Below are positions 41,717-51,637 of a DNA stretch of 64,000 bases, one piece after another (position 1 is the stretch's first letter; each line of letters begins with the position of its first letter). The stretch lies in assembly GCA_018266875.1 (NCBI GenBank), contig JAFDZR010000018.1, positions 17,916 through 81,915 on the forward strand. Reading direction: 5' to 3'. Position numbers and translations under genes: made by a program. The stretch is from Bacteroidota bacterium. GTDB taxonomy: Bacteria; Bacteroidota; Ignavibacteria; Tepidaquicellales; Tepidaquicellaceae. The notes beneath the pieces are model-generated. The model worked only from the letters and a program-made list of their open reading frames with translations, did not search any database and had not been told where the DNA came from.

Positions 41717-43354
41717 TCAGTATATTCCTGTTTCATCAGTATCGCCGAGGTTTGCCGCAGGTCCTTTATCCGAGCCGGTGATCATGATCGTGACGGAATT
41801 AACCCTGAAGCCTTCATCCTCATACTGTATCTCGACAGGAATATTTTCCACCAAACTGGTTTTCGCTCCCGGAGTAGCCGTGTTTTTTGAATATTCAAAA
41901 CTGAGTCCGCCGGAAATGGATTTTTTTATTTTTCCAAGATCCCCTGACATTCCCGTGGAAACGGAATATGACGAAAGTCCGCCGAGACATACATCCTGAA
42001 CCGGACCGTTGTCAATGGAAAGTCCGAAACATTTTTTCTTTAAAAGCAGATACAGGAGAAAGAGTATGGCAAGAACAACAAGGGCGATAAGACCGATGAG
42101 TACGAAAAGTCTCCATGGACCGTATTTCATTCTGAGCTCAAGCGGAATCTTGGTTATGATCTTCTTGTCTTTTAGGACGGGCTGGAAGATCTCGGGAACG
42201 GACTGAAGCGCGAACAGTTCCCTGAATCTGTTGACGTAATTCTCGTCCAGCAGAATATCCACCTGAGAGACTTCGAGTATCAGATCGCCGCCGATTGAAA
42301 AATCCTCTTTGAAAATTGTTTTGAAAGAAAAATTCGGAGTGATCTCCGGAAGATTGAATATTATCGAAAAGCCGGTAACTTCTCCTTCGGGGGAAACATT
42401 ACTGACAGTTGACGGAGATATAGTCTGTGTACCGAGCGACTTGACTGAATAATCAGATGAAGTGAAATTATCAAGCCCGACGCTGAGTTTTGCGCTTTTG
42501 ATAATGTAAGGATAAAGATTAGATTTCAGCGTAAGGTCGTTGAAGGTCTCCTGAACCTTTTCTCCTTCTTCAAATCCCTTTCCCCGCAGTGATGATCCGT
42601 CAAAGTAGATCTTACCGTCAGTAATTTTACTCTGTGTGACTTTTGGTTTAAGTACTATGGTTCCTATGTCAAGAGGTTTCAGCGTTATTGCTTTTTCCCT
42701 TATTCCGCCCGCTCTCAATATTGAATCGTAGTCTTCCAGTTCCGCCTGGGACAGTCTGGTTTTAGAATAAACGATTCCGTAAGCCACATATCCTTTAGTG
42801 CTGTCAGTTCCGTCATAGGATCTTTCAGGAATCGGATAGAGAAGTATCTTCTGAATATTTGCGTCCGATCTCAGTCTTTTGTAGAACTCGAGAGTATTTG
42901 CATATGAGGAATCCCCGCTCCCGCTGTTGTCATTTATATTATCGGTGATAAGCCATATCACCGCCGAATTTCCTTCCACGGCTGCAATTCCCTTATCCAG
43001 AGCTTCAATAAGGTCGGTTGTTCCCGTCAGATTATCGTTTCCTCTCATGGGAATGAATTTTAAAAATATCTTATCCAGAAGCATTTCATCTGCGGCGGCA
43101 TTGTAAAGCATTTTCGGTGAATTTATTGCGCGCTTCGGATCAGTTTTTGTAAACAGGTATATACCGGTTTTGTCGTTTCCCTTAACTGAATTTTTAATGA
43201 GCGCTTTACAGAAAATTTTGAAGTTGCTGCCCGGATTTGTGTAGTACGGGAGCATGCTTCCTGAATTGTCAAACAAAAATATGAACTGATTTCCCGTCTG
43301 TGAATAAGACACGGAAGTTACAGCTATGAATATTATAATAAATATTTTTCTCAT
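41717..43354 (-). CDS. von Willebrand factor A domain protein with a C-proximal TM helix
   Basis: 545 aa. Signal peptide, MIDAS-like motif in FIFLFDNSGSM, later TD...ITDN segments. TM helix LFVLIGLIALVVLAILFLLYLLL is followed by a ~110-aa tail. Confidence 0.75.
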   Translation of the reverse strand: MRKIFIIIFIAVTSVSYSQTGNQFIFLFDNSGSMLPYYTNPGSNFKIFCKALIKNSVKGNDKTGIYLFTKTDPKRAINSPKMLYNAAADEMLLDKIFLKFIPMRGNDNLTGTTDLIEALDKGIAAVEGNSAVIWLITDNINDNSGSGDSSYANTLEFYKRLRSDANIQKILLYPIPERSYDGTDSTKGYVAYGIVYSKTRLSQAELEDYDSILRAGGIREKAITLKPLDIGTIVLKPKVTQSKITDGKIYFDGSSLRGKGFEEGEKVQETFNDLTLKSNLYPYIIKSAKLSVGLDNFTSSDYSVKSLGTQTISPSTVSNVSPEGEVTGFSIIFNLPEITPNFSFKTIFKEDFSIGGDLILEVSQVDILLDENYVNRFRELFALQSVPEIFQPVLKDKKIITKIPLELRMKYGPWRLFVLIGLIALVVLAILFLLYLLLKKKCFGLSIDNGPVQDVCLGGLSSYSVSTGMSGDLGKIKKSISGGLSFEYSKNTATPGAKTSLVENIPVEIQYEDEGFRVNSVTIMITGSDKGPAANLGDTDETGIY

Positions 43355-43359
43355 ATAAC

Positions 43360-44619
43360 TCAGATGTGTATGTTTAATTTGTCGTTAGTAAATGATTCCA
43401 GTATGCCTTTTCGCGTTAATATGAAGATCTCGTTTTCAGAGATCACAGCTGAAATTATAAATTCGGATTCATTCAGCTTATCCGATGAGATCACATATCC
43501 TTCCGCTTCCTGAAACCTGTTAAGATTGCTGAATACTATTTTGTTGCTTTTGGAAATCACTATTACATTCCTGCTGATGCTCTCTATCCTGTTCTCATAC
43601 TCGTCTTCGTATTCATATATCTTCAGACCGGTGGATTTAAAAAGATTCCATCCTTCCATAGTCCCGGTAAAAAGATTGTCTCCGAAACTTCCTGCTGAAT
43701 TTATATAATTATTTTTTATTCCCGTATTTTTAAAATTTGTGTTTCTGTAAGGAAGATCAAGATAATATAATTCATAGTTTACAGTTGTAATATATAATCT
43801 GTTTGACGAATAAAAAAGAAAAGAATTTTCATCCGCAGAAACATTGATCTCCTTAATTTCACCGGTCAGATTTTCGGTATCAAACACCAGCAGTGATGAA
43901 TCGATAAGAACAAAAGCAAATCTGCCGGCAATACAGATCCTGTCAGCCAGTGCTTTTTTTACTTTTAACTCAAACCGGAAAACTTCATCAGGATTAGTAA
44001 TGTCCATGAGAACAAGATTTGCTGTACCCCCAAGCGTATCCTGTTCGGTAAAAAGTATTTTGTTTCCCTGTCTGTTAAGACTGCTCCAAATAAGAAATCC
44101 CTCGGGAGCTGTATATAATTCTTCCGGCTCAAAAGACTTTTCCCCTGTTTTACCGTACCGGAAAATTTTTTTAAGCGAACTAAGATAAACCGTATTGGAA
44201 ATTACCAGACCAGTCTTTTCAAATATCTGATCCTTTATCTGAATTTTGTGCTCTACATAACCAGTGAACCTGTCGATAAAATAAACATATCCCGAACAGG
44301 AGCTTAGTATCACATACCTGTTGTTAAAAAGGACCGAATTGAAAAAATCATCCCTGAGACTGATCCTGAATGACTGGCGGAATCCCTTTTCAATGCCTTC
44401 GGGAAAATTAAGACTGCTTTCGAAAAAATTATTCAGCCCGCTGTTTCCCCTGAAAGAGCAGTCAATATTTTTCTTGAGGATCTTTTCTTCGTATGTATCT
44501 TCAATATTGTCAATCTCTATTTTGTTTATCTCTTCGCTCAGATCTATAACTATAGTCTCTTTTTCCTTTTTAGGTTTTTCCTCTTCATCGTCAAAGTCTA
44601 TTACTATTCTTTCGGACAT
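43360..44619 (-). CDS. Hypothetical protein with acidic N-terminus and beta-propeller-like repeats
   Basis: I prefer the ATG at 44619 (MSERIVIDFDDEEE...), which abuts the tsaC stop (44621), over 44661, which would overlap tsaC by 41 bp. The repetitive strand-rich pattern (YVYFIDRFTGYV..., VYLSSLKKIFRY..., LYITTVNYELYYLD) suggests a PQQ/BamB-like propeller. No motif is firm. Confidence 0.65.
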   Translation of the reverse strand: MSERIVIDFDDEEEKPKKEKETIVIDLSEEINKIEIDNIEDTYEEKILKKNIDCSFRGNSGLNNFFESSLNFPEGIEKGFRQSFRISLRDDFFNSVLFNNRYVILSSCSGYVYFIDRFTGYVEHKIQIKDQIFEKTGLVISNTVYLSSLKKIFRYGKTGEKSFEPEELYTAPEGFLIWSSLNRQGNKILFTEQDTLGGTANLVLMDITNPDEVFRFELKVKKALADRICIAGRFAFVLIDSSLLVFDTENLTGEIKEINVSADENSFLFYSSNRLYITTVNYELYYLDLPYRNTNFKNTGIKNNYINSAGSFGDNLFTGTMEGWNLFKSTGLKIYEYEDEYENRIESISRNVIVISKSNKIVFSNLNRFQEAEGYVISSDKLNESEFIISAVISENEIFILTRKGILESFTNDKLNIHI

Positions 44620-44620
44620 T

Positions 44621-45568
44621 TTATCCGTAAATAATTTTGAATGAATTTCCTGTAAAAACAATTTCTCCGGATCCGGCTCGTTTCAGTCTGTCATTGATCG
44701 CAACTCCAATCCCGGAATTTTCAGCTTCTGAATAAAGCAGCATTTCAAATCCGGATTCATCAAGTTTTCTTAGATCTGAAAATAAATGAAACGCGGCTTC
44801 CCTCAGATCTGAATACTTACCGGGATCCAGTATTCCTGTCTTAAGTCCTGTTCTTTCCGCTGCTTTTGCGGGATCAGCGCATTTATACAAGGGCGTTGAA
44901 GGCGCGTAATGAATTTTAAGCATCCCCGGGGAAAGCGGAACGCTGTCTTCACTGTCTGAAATTTTTCCCGTGATCTTTTCTATTTCTTCCTTTGTAATAA
45001 TACCGTGCCTGAGAATTTTTATTTCATTATTCAGAAAGCTTATCACTGTGGATTCAATGCCTACGGCGCATTTGCCCCCGTCCAGAATAAAATCAATTCT
45101 GCCGTCCAGTTCGCTGAGTACCTCTCCGGCTGTGGTCGGTGAAATTTTTCCGGACCTGTTTGCAGACGGAGCAGCCAGAGGAAGTCCTGAACTCCTGAGC
45201 ACTTCACGGAATAAATTATGCGAAGGTATTCTCAGTCCTACGCTGTCATTTCCGGCTGTAACAATATCGGGAATGATATTTTTTTTCTTCAGAACAAAAG
45301 TCAGAGGACCCGGGCAGAAAATTTCCGCAAGATCATAGACTTTTTCCGGAATATCGCTGCTGTATTTTTTAAGTTCATCAACTTCATATACATGCACAAT
45401 AAGCGGATTGAAAGCCGGTCTTTCTTTTGTTTCAAAGATCTTTAAAACAGCATCTTCATTCAATGCATTTGCTCCGAGACCATATACCGTTTCAGTCGGG
45501 AGAGCGGCAATATTTCCCTTCAGTAATTCCGAAACAATTATATCCGTATCTCCGGTGATCTTTGTCAT
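44621..45568 (-). CDS. tsaC: L-threonylcarbamoyladenylate synthase (Sua5/TsaC, long form)
   Basis: 315 aa. YrdC-domain motifs PTETVYGLGANAL, KERPAFNPLIVHV and SANRSGKISPT, plus a Sua5 C-terminal domain. Confidence 0.9.
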   Translation of the reverse strand: MTKITGDTDIIVSELLKGNIAALPTETVYGLGANALNEDAVLKIFETKERPAFNPLIVHVYEVDELKKYSSDIPEKVYDLAEIFCPGPLTFVLKKKNIIPDIVTAGNDSVGLRIPSHNLFREVLRSSGLPLAAPSANRSGKISPTTAGEVLSELDGRIDFILDGGKCAVGIESTVISFLNNEIKILRHGIITKEEIEKITGKISDSEDSVPLSPGMLKIHYAPSTPLYKCADPAKAAERTGLKTGILDPGKYSDLREAAFHLFSDLRKLDESGFEMLLYSEAENSGIGVAINDRLKRAGSGEIVFTGNSFKIIYG

Positions 45569-46029
45569 ACAAATTTTCCCGTATTCAGCGCTTCCTCAAG
45601 TCTGACTACTCTTCTTCTGAGATCCAGACTTCTGTAGATAAGATGAAATATCACCGCAAAGCATAATACCATTAATGATATTACGCCGAAAAATATCCGG
45701 TAAACCAGAATGAACATATTAACCAGCGGAGTATAAACTGCATTCTCAAGCATTTTGCTCTCTTCTCTTGAATACCTGCTCTCATCGATCTTGTCTGAAG
45801 AAAAGAATTTTTTGATCTTTTCTATCTGAAGTTCGATCTGCTTGGATTTATAAATAAGATCGTCGATCTTATTGTCAACCGACTGTACGTAGGATTTCTG
45901 AAAGCCCGTTTTTTCAATGGTCTTCTCGGATAATGATTCGAATAAAGATCTTGAAACGCCTCCTCCTGTAAGAGAAACAAGTAGAATGACAAGACTTACA
46001 ATATAAAGCCCGGTGTAAATTAATTTCAT
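45565..46029 (-). CDS. Hypothetical two-TM membrane protein
   Basis: 154 aa with an N-terminal TM (LYIVSLVILLVSL) and a C-proximal TM (IFFGVISLMVLCFAVIFHLI). It overlaps the tsaC start by 4 bp, so it is probably the first gene of the operon. Confidence 0.6.
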   Translation of the reverse strand: MKLIYTGLYIVSLVILLVSLTGGGVSRSLFESLSEKTIEKTGFQKSYVQSVDNKIDDLIYKSKQIELQIEKIKKFFSSDKIDESRYSREESKMLENAVYTPLVNMFILVYRIFFGVISLMVLCFAVIFHLIYRSLDLRRRVVRLEEALNTGKFV

Positions 46030-46226
46030 TTATCAAAATAACCTTTATTGTAAAAAAATAATATGCTTTTGTGAGGTTTGAAGATTATTGCAGGATTGAA
46101 CTGTCTAAAACCGATATATTCCTTTAATAACATATTATTTTATGAACAGAGGTTAACTGTTTCATAATTTTTTTAAAACTACCTGATTGTGAATTATTGC
46201 CGTTAAAAAATACGGGATAAACTGCA

Positions 46227-46253
46227 TCAAAAAAAATTTCCCGTCCGGGAAAT
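46227..46253 (-). terminator. Rho-independent terminator about 185 nt downstream of the ECF sigma gene
   Basis: ATTTCCCGTCCGGGAAAT palindrome at 46236-46253. On the minus strand it is followed by a TTTTTTTT run (plus-strand A-run 46228-46235). Confidence 0.6.
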
Positions 46254-46437
46254 CTGCAAAGCAAATCCCGAGCTGGAAATTTTACTGCGATTTATCTTGA
46301 AATCAGGCAATTATTCATCCACGGTACCCGGGGCGAATAATCGCTGTTACTTTTATTGGCCGCATAAAAGAAAGCAAACAGAAACCAATGAAACTTGAAT
46401 TTTAAAGTATAACGTTTTGGTTGGATGAGATTGCAGG

Positions 46438-47334
46438 TCAGTTGAAATTAAATATTCTTCTGAAGTCCCTGCTCTCAAGGATACGGTTCAGTGATTCAAC
46501 GAAGTCGGGTGAATCCTGAAACGGATGTTCCCTGAAAAGATCAGCGGCTTTATTTTCAAAAAGATCATTGATCTCATCTTTTCTTTTGTCCGAAACACTT
46601 TCAATGCTTTGTATCCTGCTTCTTGTGAACAAAAGCTTTTCAGGATTCACGTGTCCTGCATCAATAAGAAGTTTTGTTTTCTTTGAGCAGTGACACGGAT
46701 TGTTCCTGTCAATGAGTCCGCATTTGTTGCTCATAAAGCTTCCGAGGTCTCTGCGCGCGCGGGCAAGCTTTTGTCTGAAATTATCGCGGCTTATTTCAAG
46801 TATCTCCGCTCCTACAGTGTCGTTAACACCGAAGAGACTTCCGAGAATGAACACCAGCCGCTGTTCGCGGTCAAGACACAGAAGCATTGCATTCATGCAG
46901 CCGATCTTCGTTTCCTCTATCAGAAGATTGACATCAACTGGAACGCTGTCCTGATCCGGCAGTTCAGTATCCGGAGAGTTTACTATCTGGTTTCCGTATA
47001 TTTTAAAAGAAGTATATTCAAATTCCTTCTTCCTTTTTTTCATATTGATAACATGATTTGCGACTATCCTGTATGCCCAGGTTCTGAATGAACTTTCACC
47101 TCTGAACGTGGACAGTTTTGTAACTATCTTAATTAACGCTTCCTGTGTAACATCCTCGGCATCTGCCGGATCCCAGACCATTTTCAATGCAATATTGAAA
47201 ATCCAGGCCTGATGCCGTTTTACTAGCACCTCGAGGGATTTTTTGTCACCTGTTAAGGCTCTGCTGACGAGCACCTGATCTTCAATTTCCGATGTCTGAA
47301 GAGTTTCTTTATTTTCTGTGAAAGGATTATACAT
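46438..47334 (-). CDS. ECF-type sigma-70 family factor with a ~100-aa C-terminal extension
   Basis: 298 aa. Region 2 (DAEDVTQEALIKIV...FRTWAYRIVANHVIN) and region 4 (LDREQRLVFILGSLFGVNDTVGAEILEISRDNFRQKLARARRDL). These are followed by KCGLIDRNNPCHCSKKTKLLIDAG... and a helical tail. Confidence 0.85.
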   Translation of the reverse strand: MYNPFTENKETLQTSEIEDQVLVSRALTGDKKSLEVLVKRHQAWIFNIALKMVWDPADAEDVTQEALIKIVTKLSTFRGESSFRTWAYRIVANHVINMKKRKKEFEYTSFKIYGNQIVNSPDTELPDQDSVPVDVNLLIEETKIGCMNAMLLCLDREQRLVFILGSLFGVNDTVGAEILEISRDNFRQKLARARRDLGSFMSNKCGLIDRNNPCHCSKKTKLLIDAGHVNPEKLLFTRSRIQSIESVSDKRKDEINDLFENKAADLFREHPFQDSPDFVESLNRILESRDFRRIFNFN

Positions 47335-47540
47335 AATATGATTAAATTTAAGTAATTTCTTTTTAATATTTAGACAAAAATTACAGGCGGGTGTGACAGA
47401 CTTGTCACGAATTTGCAGTTATTTTTTCAGGGATTGGATTAAAAACGGTAAAAATTTTTAAAATTAATAAGCAATTAAAATTAAATTGAATAAAAGGAAA
47501 TATTTTTAAACATTAACATTAAACTTAACAAAACCAAATT

Positions 47541-47807
47541 ATGAACAAAGAGCAGCAGGAAAAAGAGGATCACGAAAGACTTGTAACCGTATATGAGACC
47601 GGTAACGAAGCTGTGATTGCAGTAATTAAGTCTATTCTCGATGAAGCGGAAATCAGATATCTGGCAAAAGGTGAAGGCGTGCAGGATCTTTTCGGAGTAG
47701 GAATTCTAGGAACAGGATTCAACCCTATCACTGGTCCGGTCGAATTCAGAGTAATGCCTGAAGATGCGGAATATGCAAGAGAACTTTTGAAGGACGTTGA
47801 AGGCTGA
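47541..47807 (+). CDS. DUF2007-like small protein (putative signal-transducing fold)
   Basis: 88 aa. LVTVYETGNEAVIAVIKSILDEAEIRY...PVEFRVMPEDAEYARELL matches the two-repeat ferredoxin-like pattern I associate with DUF2007. Confidence 0.65.
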   Translation: MNKEQQEKEDHERLVTVYETGNEAVIAVIKSILDEAEIRYLAKGEGVQDLFGVGILGTGFNPITGPVEFRVMPEDAEYARELLKDVEG

Positions 47808-47872
47808 TACCGGCAGGATATTGAAAACGCTTCGTTTAAAGAAATATTTACTAATTATTCCCGATAAGAATA

Positions 47873-48385
47873 ATGCCTGAATTCAAATTCGGATTGTTTA
47901 CTTCTTTTATTTTATTTGTATGGATGATACTTGTCTATACTATGATCGTGCCGAATTTTCATGAAGCCGGAAATTTTATTATGTTTGTTTCAGTAATCAT
48001 TCCGGTTATAGGAATTTTTTTCGGAATCAGAGAGAGAAGAGATAAATCAAATTTCGGGCAAATCACTTTCAAAGAAGCTTTCAAGACAGGCATAGTGATA
48101 ACGTTTATTGTGGCGGTGATGATCGTGATCTTTACTTATGTGTATTATGAATTCATAAATCCCGATTACGTAAATTTTCTTTCTGCAAAGTCTGAGCAGT
48201 CAATGATAGAAAAAAACATTCCGCGGGAACAGATCAATGCAGCGCTTACAGTGCTGAAATATCAGTTCAGTCTGAATGTACAGATTATTCAGCAGCTGCT
48301 TTTTGTTCTGATAGGCGGAACTCTGATCTCCTTCATTCTGGCTTTCCTTCTCAAAAAAGAAAAGCGGGTAAAATCTACTGTGTAA
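47873..48385 (+). CDS. Four-TM membrane protein (DUF4199-like)
   Basis: 170 aa with four predicted TM helices. The size and topology resemble Bacteroidota DUF4199 proteins; the family call is tentative. Confidence 0.6.
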   Translation: MPEFKFGLFTSFILFVWMILVYTMIVPNFHEAGNFIMFVSVIIPVIGIFFGIRERRDKSNFGQITFKEAFKTGIVITFIVAVMIVIFTYVYYEFINPDYVNFLSAKSEQSMIEKNIPREQINAALTVLKYQFSLNVQIIQQLLFVLIGGTLISFILAFLLKKEKRVKSTV

Positions 48386-48391
48386 AATATC

Positions 48392-48973
48392 ATGAAAAGT
48401 GTATGTGTTTTTTGCGGATCAAATTCAGGCAAAGGCGTTGAATATCTTGTTGCCGCGCAGAAGCTCGGCAAGCTCCTTGCTGAGCGGGGAACAGATCTTG
48501 TTTACGGCGGCGGCAATGTCGGTATCATGGGTGAACTCGCAAACACCGTGCTGCAGTACAACGGCAGAGTCACCGGAGTTATACCGGAAGACCTAGTTGC
48601 TCGGGAGGTTGCTTTTATGGACGCAACGGAAATGAAAATCGTAAAGACAATGCATGAGAGAAAAGCGCTGATGTCAGAGCTCTCGGATGGATTCATTATG
48701 ATGCCGGGCGGGATAGGCACGCTTGAGGAATTTTTTGAAGCCTGGACCTGGGCGCAGCTTGGCATTCATTCAAAACCTATCGGAATTTTTAATGTTGATA
48801 ATTATTTCGGACTTCTTATTGATTTCATAAATAAAGCTGTCAGTGATAAATTTGTACATGAACTGAATCTTGAAATGATAATCATTGAAAAAGATGCGGA
48901 TACTTTGCTTGATAAAATGAAATCATTCAAACCCGTCGGCGTCAGAAAATGGATCGGCAAAGAGGATATTTAA
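48392..48973 (+). CDS. LOG-family cytokinin riboside 5'-monophosphate phosphoribohydrolase-like protein
   Basis: 193 aa. VCVFCGS, LVYGGGNVGIMG and the PGGIGTLEEFFE signature. Confidence 0.9.
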   Translation: MKSVCVFCGSNSGKGVEYLVAAQKLGKLLAERGTDLVYGGGNVGIMGELANTVLQYNGRVTGVIPEDLVAREVAFMDATEMKIVKTMHERKALMSELSDGFIMMPGGIGTLEEFFEAWTWAQLGIHSKPIGIFNVDNYFGLLIDFINKAVSDKFVHELNLEMIIIEKDADTLLDKMKSFKPVGVRKWIGKEDI

Positions 48974-48982
48974 AACTGAATT

Positions 48983-49336
48983 TTGGACCTTGAAAATTTC
49001 AGAAAATACTGCTTAAACAAAAAAGGAGTAACAGAGGAATTCCCGTTCGGCGAGCAGACGCTTGTCTATAAAGTAATGGGAAAGATCTTTGCAATAACTT
49101 CATTTGACATTCCTTTCAGGGTTAATCTCAAATGTGATCCGGAAACTGCGGTTGAGCTCCGCGAAAGATATGAAGAAGTTCTTCCCGGCTATCATATGAA
49201 TAAAAAGCACTGGAATACCGTCATATTCGACGGCATGATTCCTGAAAAATTACTGAAGGAAATGACGGATGATTCCTATGATCTGATCGTAAAAAGTCTG
49301 ACATCAAAACTAAGGGATGAACTCTCTAAGCTCTGA
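48983..49336 (+). CDS. MmcQ/YjbR-family protein
   Basis: 117 aa with a TTG start. EEFPFGEQTLVYKVMGKIFA...LKCDPE...PGYHMNKKHWNTV is typical of YjbR. Confidence 0.8.
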   Translation: MDLENFRKYCLNKKGVTEEFPFGEQTLVYKVMGKIFAITSFDIPFRVNLKCDPETAVELRERYEEVLPGYHMNKKHWNTVIFDGMIPEKLLKEMTDDSYDLIVKSLTSKLRDELSKL

Positions 49337-49401
49337 TCTTTTTCAGTATACGCAATCAGTTTTCAGCCGCTTAAAATTATTTTCACATAAATAGTGAACA
49401 C

Positions 49402-50958
49402 ATGAAAAAAAAAGTAGAAGTATCCTTATCTCCCGAGGACAGTTCCGACCAATCAAAACTCAGCGGTATTTTCAGAAGGATCTGCAATATCAAAAGCGGG
49501 ACTGATTTCACTGTAAAACTCATAAAGAGATCTGTAGACGCCAGGAGCAGAAATCCGGTTATAAATATTTCAGCGGAGGTTTATATAGATGAAATTCCCG
49601 ACCCAGAACCTGTCTTCAGTGAAAGCTATAAAAATGTCTCAGGAGGTAAAAAAGTAATAATTGCAGGCGCTGGACCTGCGGGATATTTTGCGGCTCTTGA
49701 GCTGATTGAGCACGGAATAAAACCTGTGATATTTGACCGTGGAAAAGATGTCCGCAGCAGAAGAAGGGATCTCCGCGCGATTCAGCAGGAAGGCATTGTA
49801 AATCCTGATTCCAATTACTGCTTCGGCGAAGGCGGAGCCGGGACTTATTCAGACGGAAAATTATATACGCGTTCACATAAAAGAGGTGATATTTACAAAG
49901 CTCTTAAAATCCTTACCGAACACGGCGCAAATCCCGACATACTTATTGATTCACATCCGCATATCGGCTCAAATAAACTCCCGGTCCTTGTACAGAATCT
50001 TCGTCAGACTATTCTTAATTACGGCGGTGAAATTAATTTTAATTCTGCCGTAACAGATATTTTAATAAAGGAAAACAGAGTAGAGGGTGTTTTGATAAAT
50101 GATTCCTGTGAATATTTATCAGATCATCTTATTCTTGCAACAGGGCATTCGGCCAGGGACATTTTTTATTTATTAAAAAGAAAAAACATTCTAACCGAAG
50201 CGAAACCGTTTGCTCTCGGCGTTCGGATCGAGCATCCTCAGCAGCTCATAGACGAAATACAGTACAGACAGAAACAAAGAAGCAGATTTCTTCCCGCCTC
50301 TTCATACAAGCTTGCCGCACAGTGCGGAGGAAGAGGAGTGTTTTCATTCTGCATGTGTCCAGGAGGCCTGATCGTACCGGCGACTACTTCTCCGGGCGAA
50401 CTGGTTGTGAACGGGATGTCAATGTCGAGAAGGGATTCTAAGTTTGCAAACTCAGGAATTGTTGTGGCTGTGGAAACTGAAGATACTGCTGCATATAAAA
50501 TTCACGGTTCCTTTACCGGACTTGAATATCAGAAGGAAATTGAAAAGAGATTTTTTGAAAGCGGTGACGGCAGTCAGAAAGCGCCGGCTCAGAGAATGAC
50601 TGATTTCGTAAATAAAAAAATATCCGGTACACTGCCGGACAATTCTTATATTCCGGGATTGTATTCAGCTGACATTAACAGCCTTCTGCCGGAAAGCATA
50701 TCACTGAAACTGAATGCCGCTTTTTTACAGTTTGGTAAAAAGATGAAAGGATATTTTACCGAAGAAGCGGTGATAACAGGACCCGAATCCAGAACGAGTT
50801 CGCCTGTAAGGATTCCAAGAGAAAGACATTCATATGAGCATGTTGAAATCAAAGGATTGTATCCGTGCGGGGAAGGTGCAGGATATGCAGGAGGTATTAT
50901 TTCAGCCGCGCTTGACGGTCAGAATACTGCATCGGCAGTTGCAGCTGTAATGGAGTAA
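49402..50958 (+). CDS. FAD-dependent oxidoreductase (COG2509-type uncharacterised dehydrogenase)
   Basis: 518 aa. Rossmann motif VIIAGAGPAGYFAA, FGEGGAGTYSDGKL, C-terminal CGEGAGYAGGI. Confidence 0.8.
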   Translation: MKKKVEVSLSPEDSSDQSKLSGIFRRICNIKSGTDFTVKLIKRSVDARSRNPVINISAEVYIDEIPDPEPVFSESYKNVSGGKKVIIAGAGPAGYFAALELIEHGIKPVIFDRGKDVRSRRRDLRAIQQEGIVNPDSNYCFGEGGAGTYSDGKLYTRSHKRGDIYKALKILTEHGANPDILIDSHPHIGSNKLPVLVQNLRQTILNYGGEINFNSAVTDILIKENRVEGVLINDSCEYLSDHLILATGHSARDIFYLLKRKNILTEAKPFALGVRIEHPQQLIDEIQYRQKQRSRFLPASSYKLAAQCGGRGVFSFCMCPGGLIVPATTSPGELVVNGMSMSRRDSKFANSGIVVAVETEDTAAYKIHGSFTGLEYQKEIEKRFFESGDGSQKAPAQRMTDFVNKKISGTLPDNSYIPGLYSADINSLLPESISLKLNAAFLQFGKKMKGYFTEEAVITGPESRTSSPVRIPRERHSYEHVEIKGLYPCGEGAGYAGGIISAALDGQNTASAVAAVME

Positions 50959-51016
50959 TTGATTTCAAAGAGTAATATCAGAATAAAGAATATTTGTATA
51001 TCAAAAATTTAATAAA

Positions 51017-51460
51017 TTGAAAATTATAAAAGCAGACTCCGACAATTTATATCAGCTCGCGGAATTATTCGATCTTTACAGACAGTTTTATGATCAGACT
51101 TCCGATCAGGAATCCGCGTTGAAATTTCTTTCGGAGAGAATTTCAAAAAAAGAATCGGAAATATTCATTTCTCTCGACGGGGAAGGAAATGCATCAGGAT
51201 TCACGCAGCTTTATCCATATTTTACTTCAGTCGGAATGAAAAGAGCGTGGATACTGAATGATCTGTTCGTAAAGAAGGAATACCGGAAAAAAGGCGTTGC
51301 CGAAGCGCTGATAAATGCTGTCAGAGAATTTGCCGAAAAGTCAGATTCAGCTTTTGTAATGCTTGAAACCCAGAAAACGAATACGGATGCGGCCAGACTT
51401 TATGAAAGAACGGGGTTTAAAAAAGATGAGGAGCATTTTTATTTTTATCTAAATGTATGA
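51017..51460 (+). CDS. GNAT-family N-acetyltransferase
   Basis: 147 aa with a TTG start. Acetyl-CoA motif A VKKEYRKKGVAEALI and C-terminal YERTGF. Confidence 0.85.
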   Translation: MKIIKADSDNLYQLAELFDLYRQFYDQTSDQESALKFLSERISKKESEIFISLDGEGNASGFTQLYPYFTSVGMKRAWILNDLFVKKEYRKKGVAEALINAVREFAEKSDSAFVMLETQKTNTDAARLYERTGFKKDEEHFYFYLNV

Positions 51461-51514
51461 GTTAATTATTGTGACGGTTTATCATGTAGTAATATTTGCT
51501 GTAATTTAACAATA

Positions 51515-51550
51515 AAAAAAACCGGTATTTTCACACCGGTTTTATTTTAT
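51515..51550. terminator. Bidirectional stem-loop terminator between convergent genes
   Basis: Stem AACCGGT (51520-51526) / ACCGGTT (51535-51541). It is preceded by an A8 run and followed by TTTATTTT. Confidence 0.75.
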
Positions 51551-51637
51551 AAATATAAACAGAAAGCATCGTTTCACTGCATATTCATTTCACTCTCAGC
51601 ATTTAATAATATGAAAAAAACACTTTGAAATTTTTTG

